Origin: Lama glama
Lineage: Eukaryota
Length of the DNA stretch: 64,000 bases
Assembly: GCA_028534125.1 (NCBI GenBank)
Contig: CM052816.1
Coordinates: 29,576,001 to 29,640,000, forward strand
Direction of reading: 5' to 3'
Positions within the stretch are counted from its first letter, which is position 1. Each line of letters starts with the position of its first letter. The translations under genes were made by a program, and so were the position numbers. The notes below the pieces were generated by a model, which had not been told where the DNA came from, did not search any database, and saw only the letters and a program-made list of their open reading frames with translations. Shown piece after piece: positions 63,028-64,000 of the stretch.

Positions 63028-63084
63028 ATTTTATACACACACACATATGTGTGTGTGTGTGTGTGTGTATGTATGTGTATAAAA
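62983..63084. repeat. (CA)n tracts followed by an inverted (TG)n tract
   Basis: Read directly; symmetry centre cacatatgtg at about 63047. Confidence 0.92.
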
Positions 63085-64000
63085 CCAAAAACAGCACAGC
63101 CATAGGAACACTATGTCTATCTGGGATTTTGTCTCCTCTCTCCAATGTAGGATCTAGTGAGTTTATCTGGATGATCTAAATGATCAAACTGGAATCTCAG
63201 GTTTCATATCTTATATAATGTGAAATCTGGAGCAATGAAATGTGCTAGAATGCAAAAGAGCAAGACAGAGAACCTAAATCTGAGCAGTCCTGAATTACTA
63301 ACCTAGACACTTCCCTGGGTAAGGATCAAGCCTGCTTCACCTGTTTCTCAGAATAGAGGAGACCCAGAGAGAGATTACTCTTGTAAATTCTACTTACCTT
63401 TGAAAGCATATTCCTAATATCTAGATCATCTATCCTTTTACTGGTCAGGGGTTCGGGCAGGAGCCCTTCCCGCGTGGCAGAGCCATGCAGCAGAGCAAAG
63501 AAGGAAGCTGTCTAGGTGGCAAAAGGACCTGAGGGCTGCCTGACACAAACACTCCTGCCTTCCTCATCTCCAGGCTTTAAAGTAATTCTTCCGTTTATCC
63601 ATCAATACCCATCTGACATTTAGAACCTACTGATATTTATTTTACTGAAGTATTTGGATTGTTTGCTCTGAATTGTCAAGAGGTTTTATTTGTCTGCTAT
63701 TTATGTAGCATTATTTTCAAGAACTAAAAAAGTCACCCTAATAAAGAGACTAGAGAAGTTTGCTTATAAAAATACTTAAGGATTGTGAACTAGAACTATA
63801 GCTCTGTCTCTCTCTCATTGGGTCGTAATTTCTACTTACTCCTGTGTTTCTGCTTATTATCTGCCTGGTGGCTAAGTTCTCCTTCCAGTTTCTACTTCCT
63901 TTTAACTTCTGATTGCATGTGACTTGGACTTGTTACAGTTCTATGCTGGGTGTGGAATTACAGCAGTGAGTAAGACAGCCCTGACCCCTCATAAGACTCA

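Noticed and set aside
63505..63525. CTCF-like CTAGGTGGCA
   Set aside because: Only a partial core match that lacks the upstream CC; it cannot be supported without a matrix scan or ChIP data.
32000..64000. A head-to-head protein-coding neighbour (DTWD2 is the upstream neighbour in human, from memory)
   Set aside because: No second CpG island and no recognisable coding exons in this interval; if syntenic, it lies outside the window.

Overview
AT-rich, repeat-dense mammalian DNA. It is most likely from a camelid, because it carries five Vic-1-like tRNA-derived SINEs and I saw no Bov-tA, BovB or PRE-1 copies. The left half (1-~31.2 kb) is the 5' part of DMXL1 (Dmx-like 1, a Rabconnectin-3-family WD40 protein) on the minus strand. 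I mapped coding exons 1-7 by hand: all splice sites are GT-AG, the reading frame is continuous for about 246 codons, and the gene runs off the left edge. A CpG-island promoter at ~30.6-31.9 kb holds uORFs and BANP-, NF-Y-, Sp1- and ZNF143-type motifs. The right half (32-64 kb) has no recognisable protein-coding gene and is mostly L1, L2/MIR, LTR and hAT relics. I found no clearly new multi-gene system. The best leads are: an 83-bp TTAA-flanked piggyBac-like MITE; a TSD-flanked, tail-less 5'-half tRNA-Lys(CTT) retrocopy; a probable L1 3' transduction; a 10-codon uORF ending 9 nt before the DMXL1 ATG; plus-strand splice signals suggesting a spliced divergent lncRNA with a possible recursive splice site; and a locally templated L1 5' junction. 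Repeat family names come from recalled consensus sequences, not from a database search.
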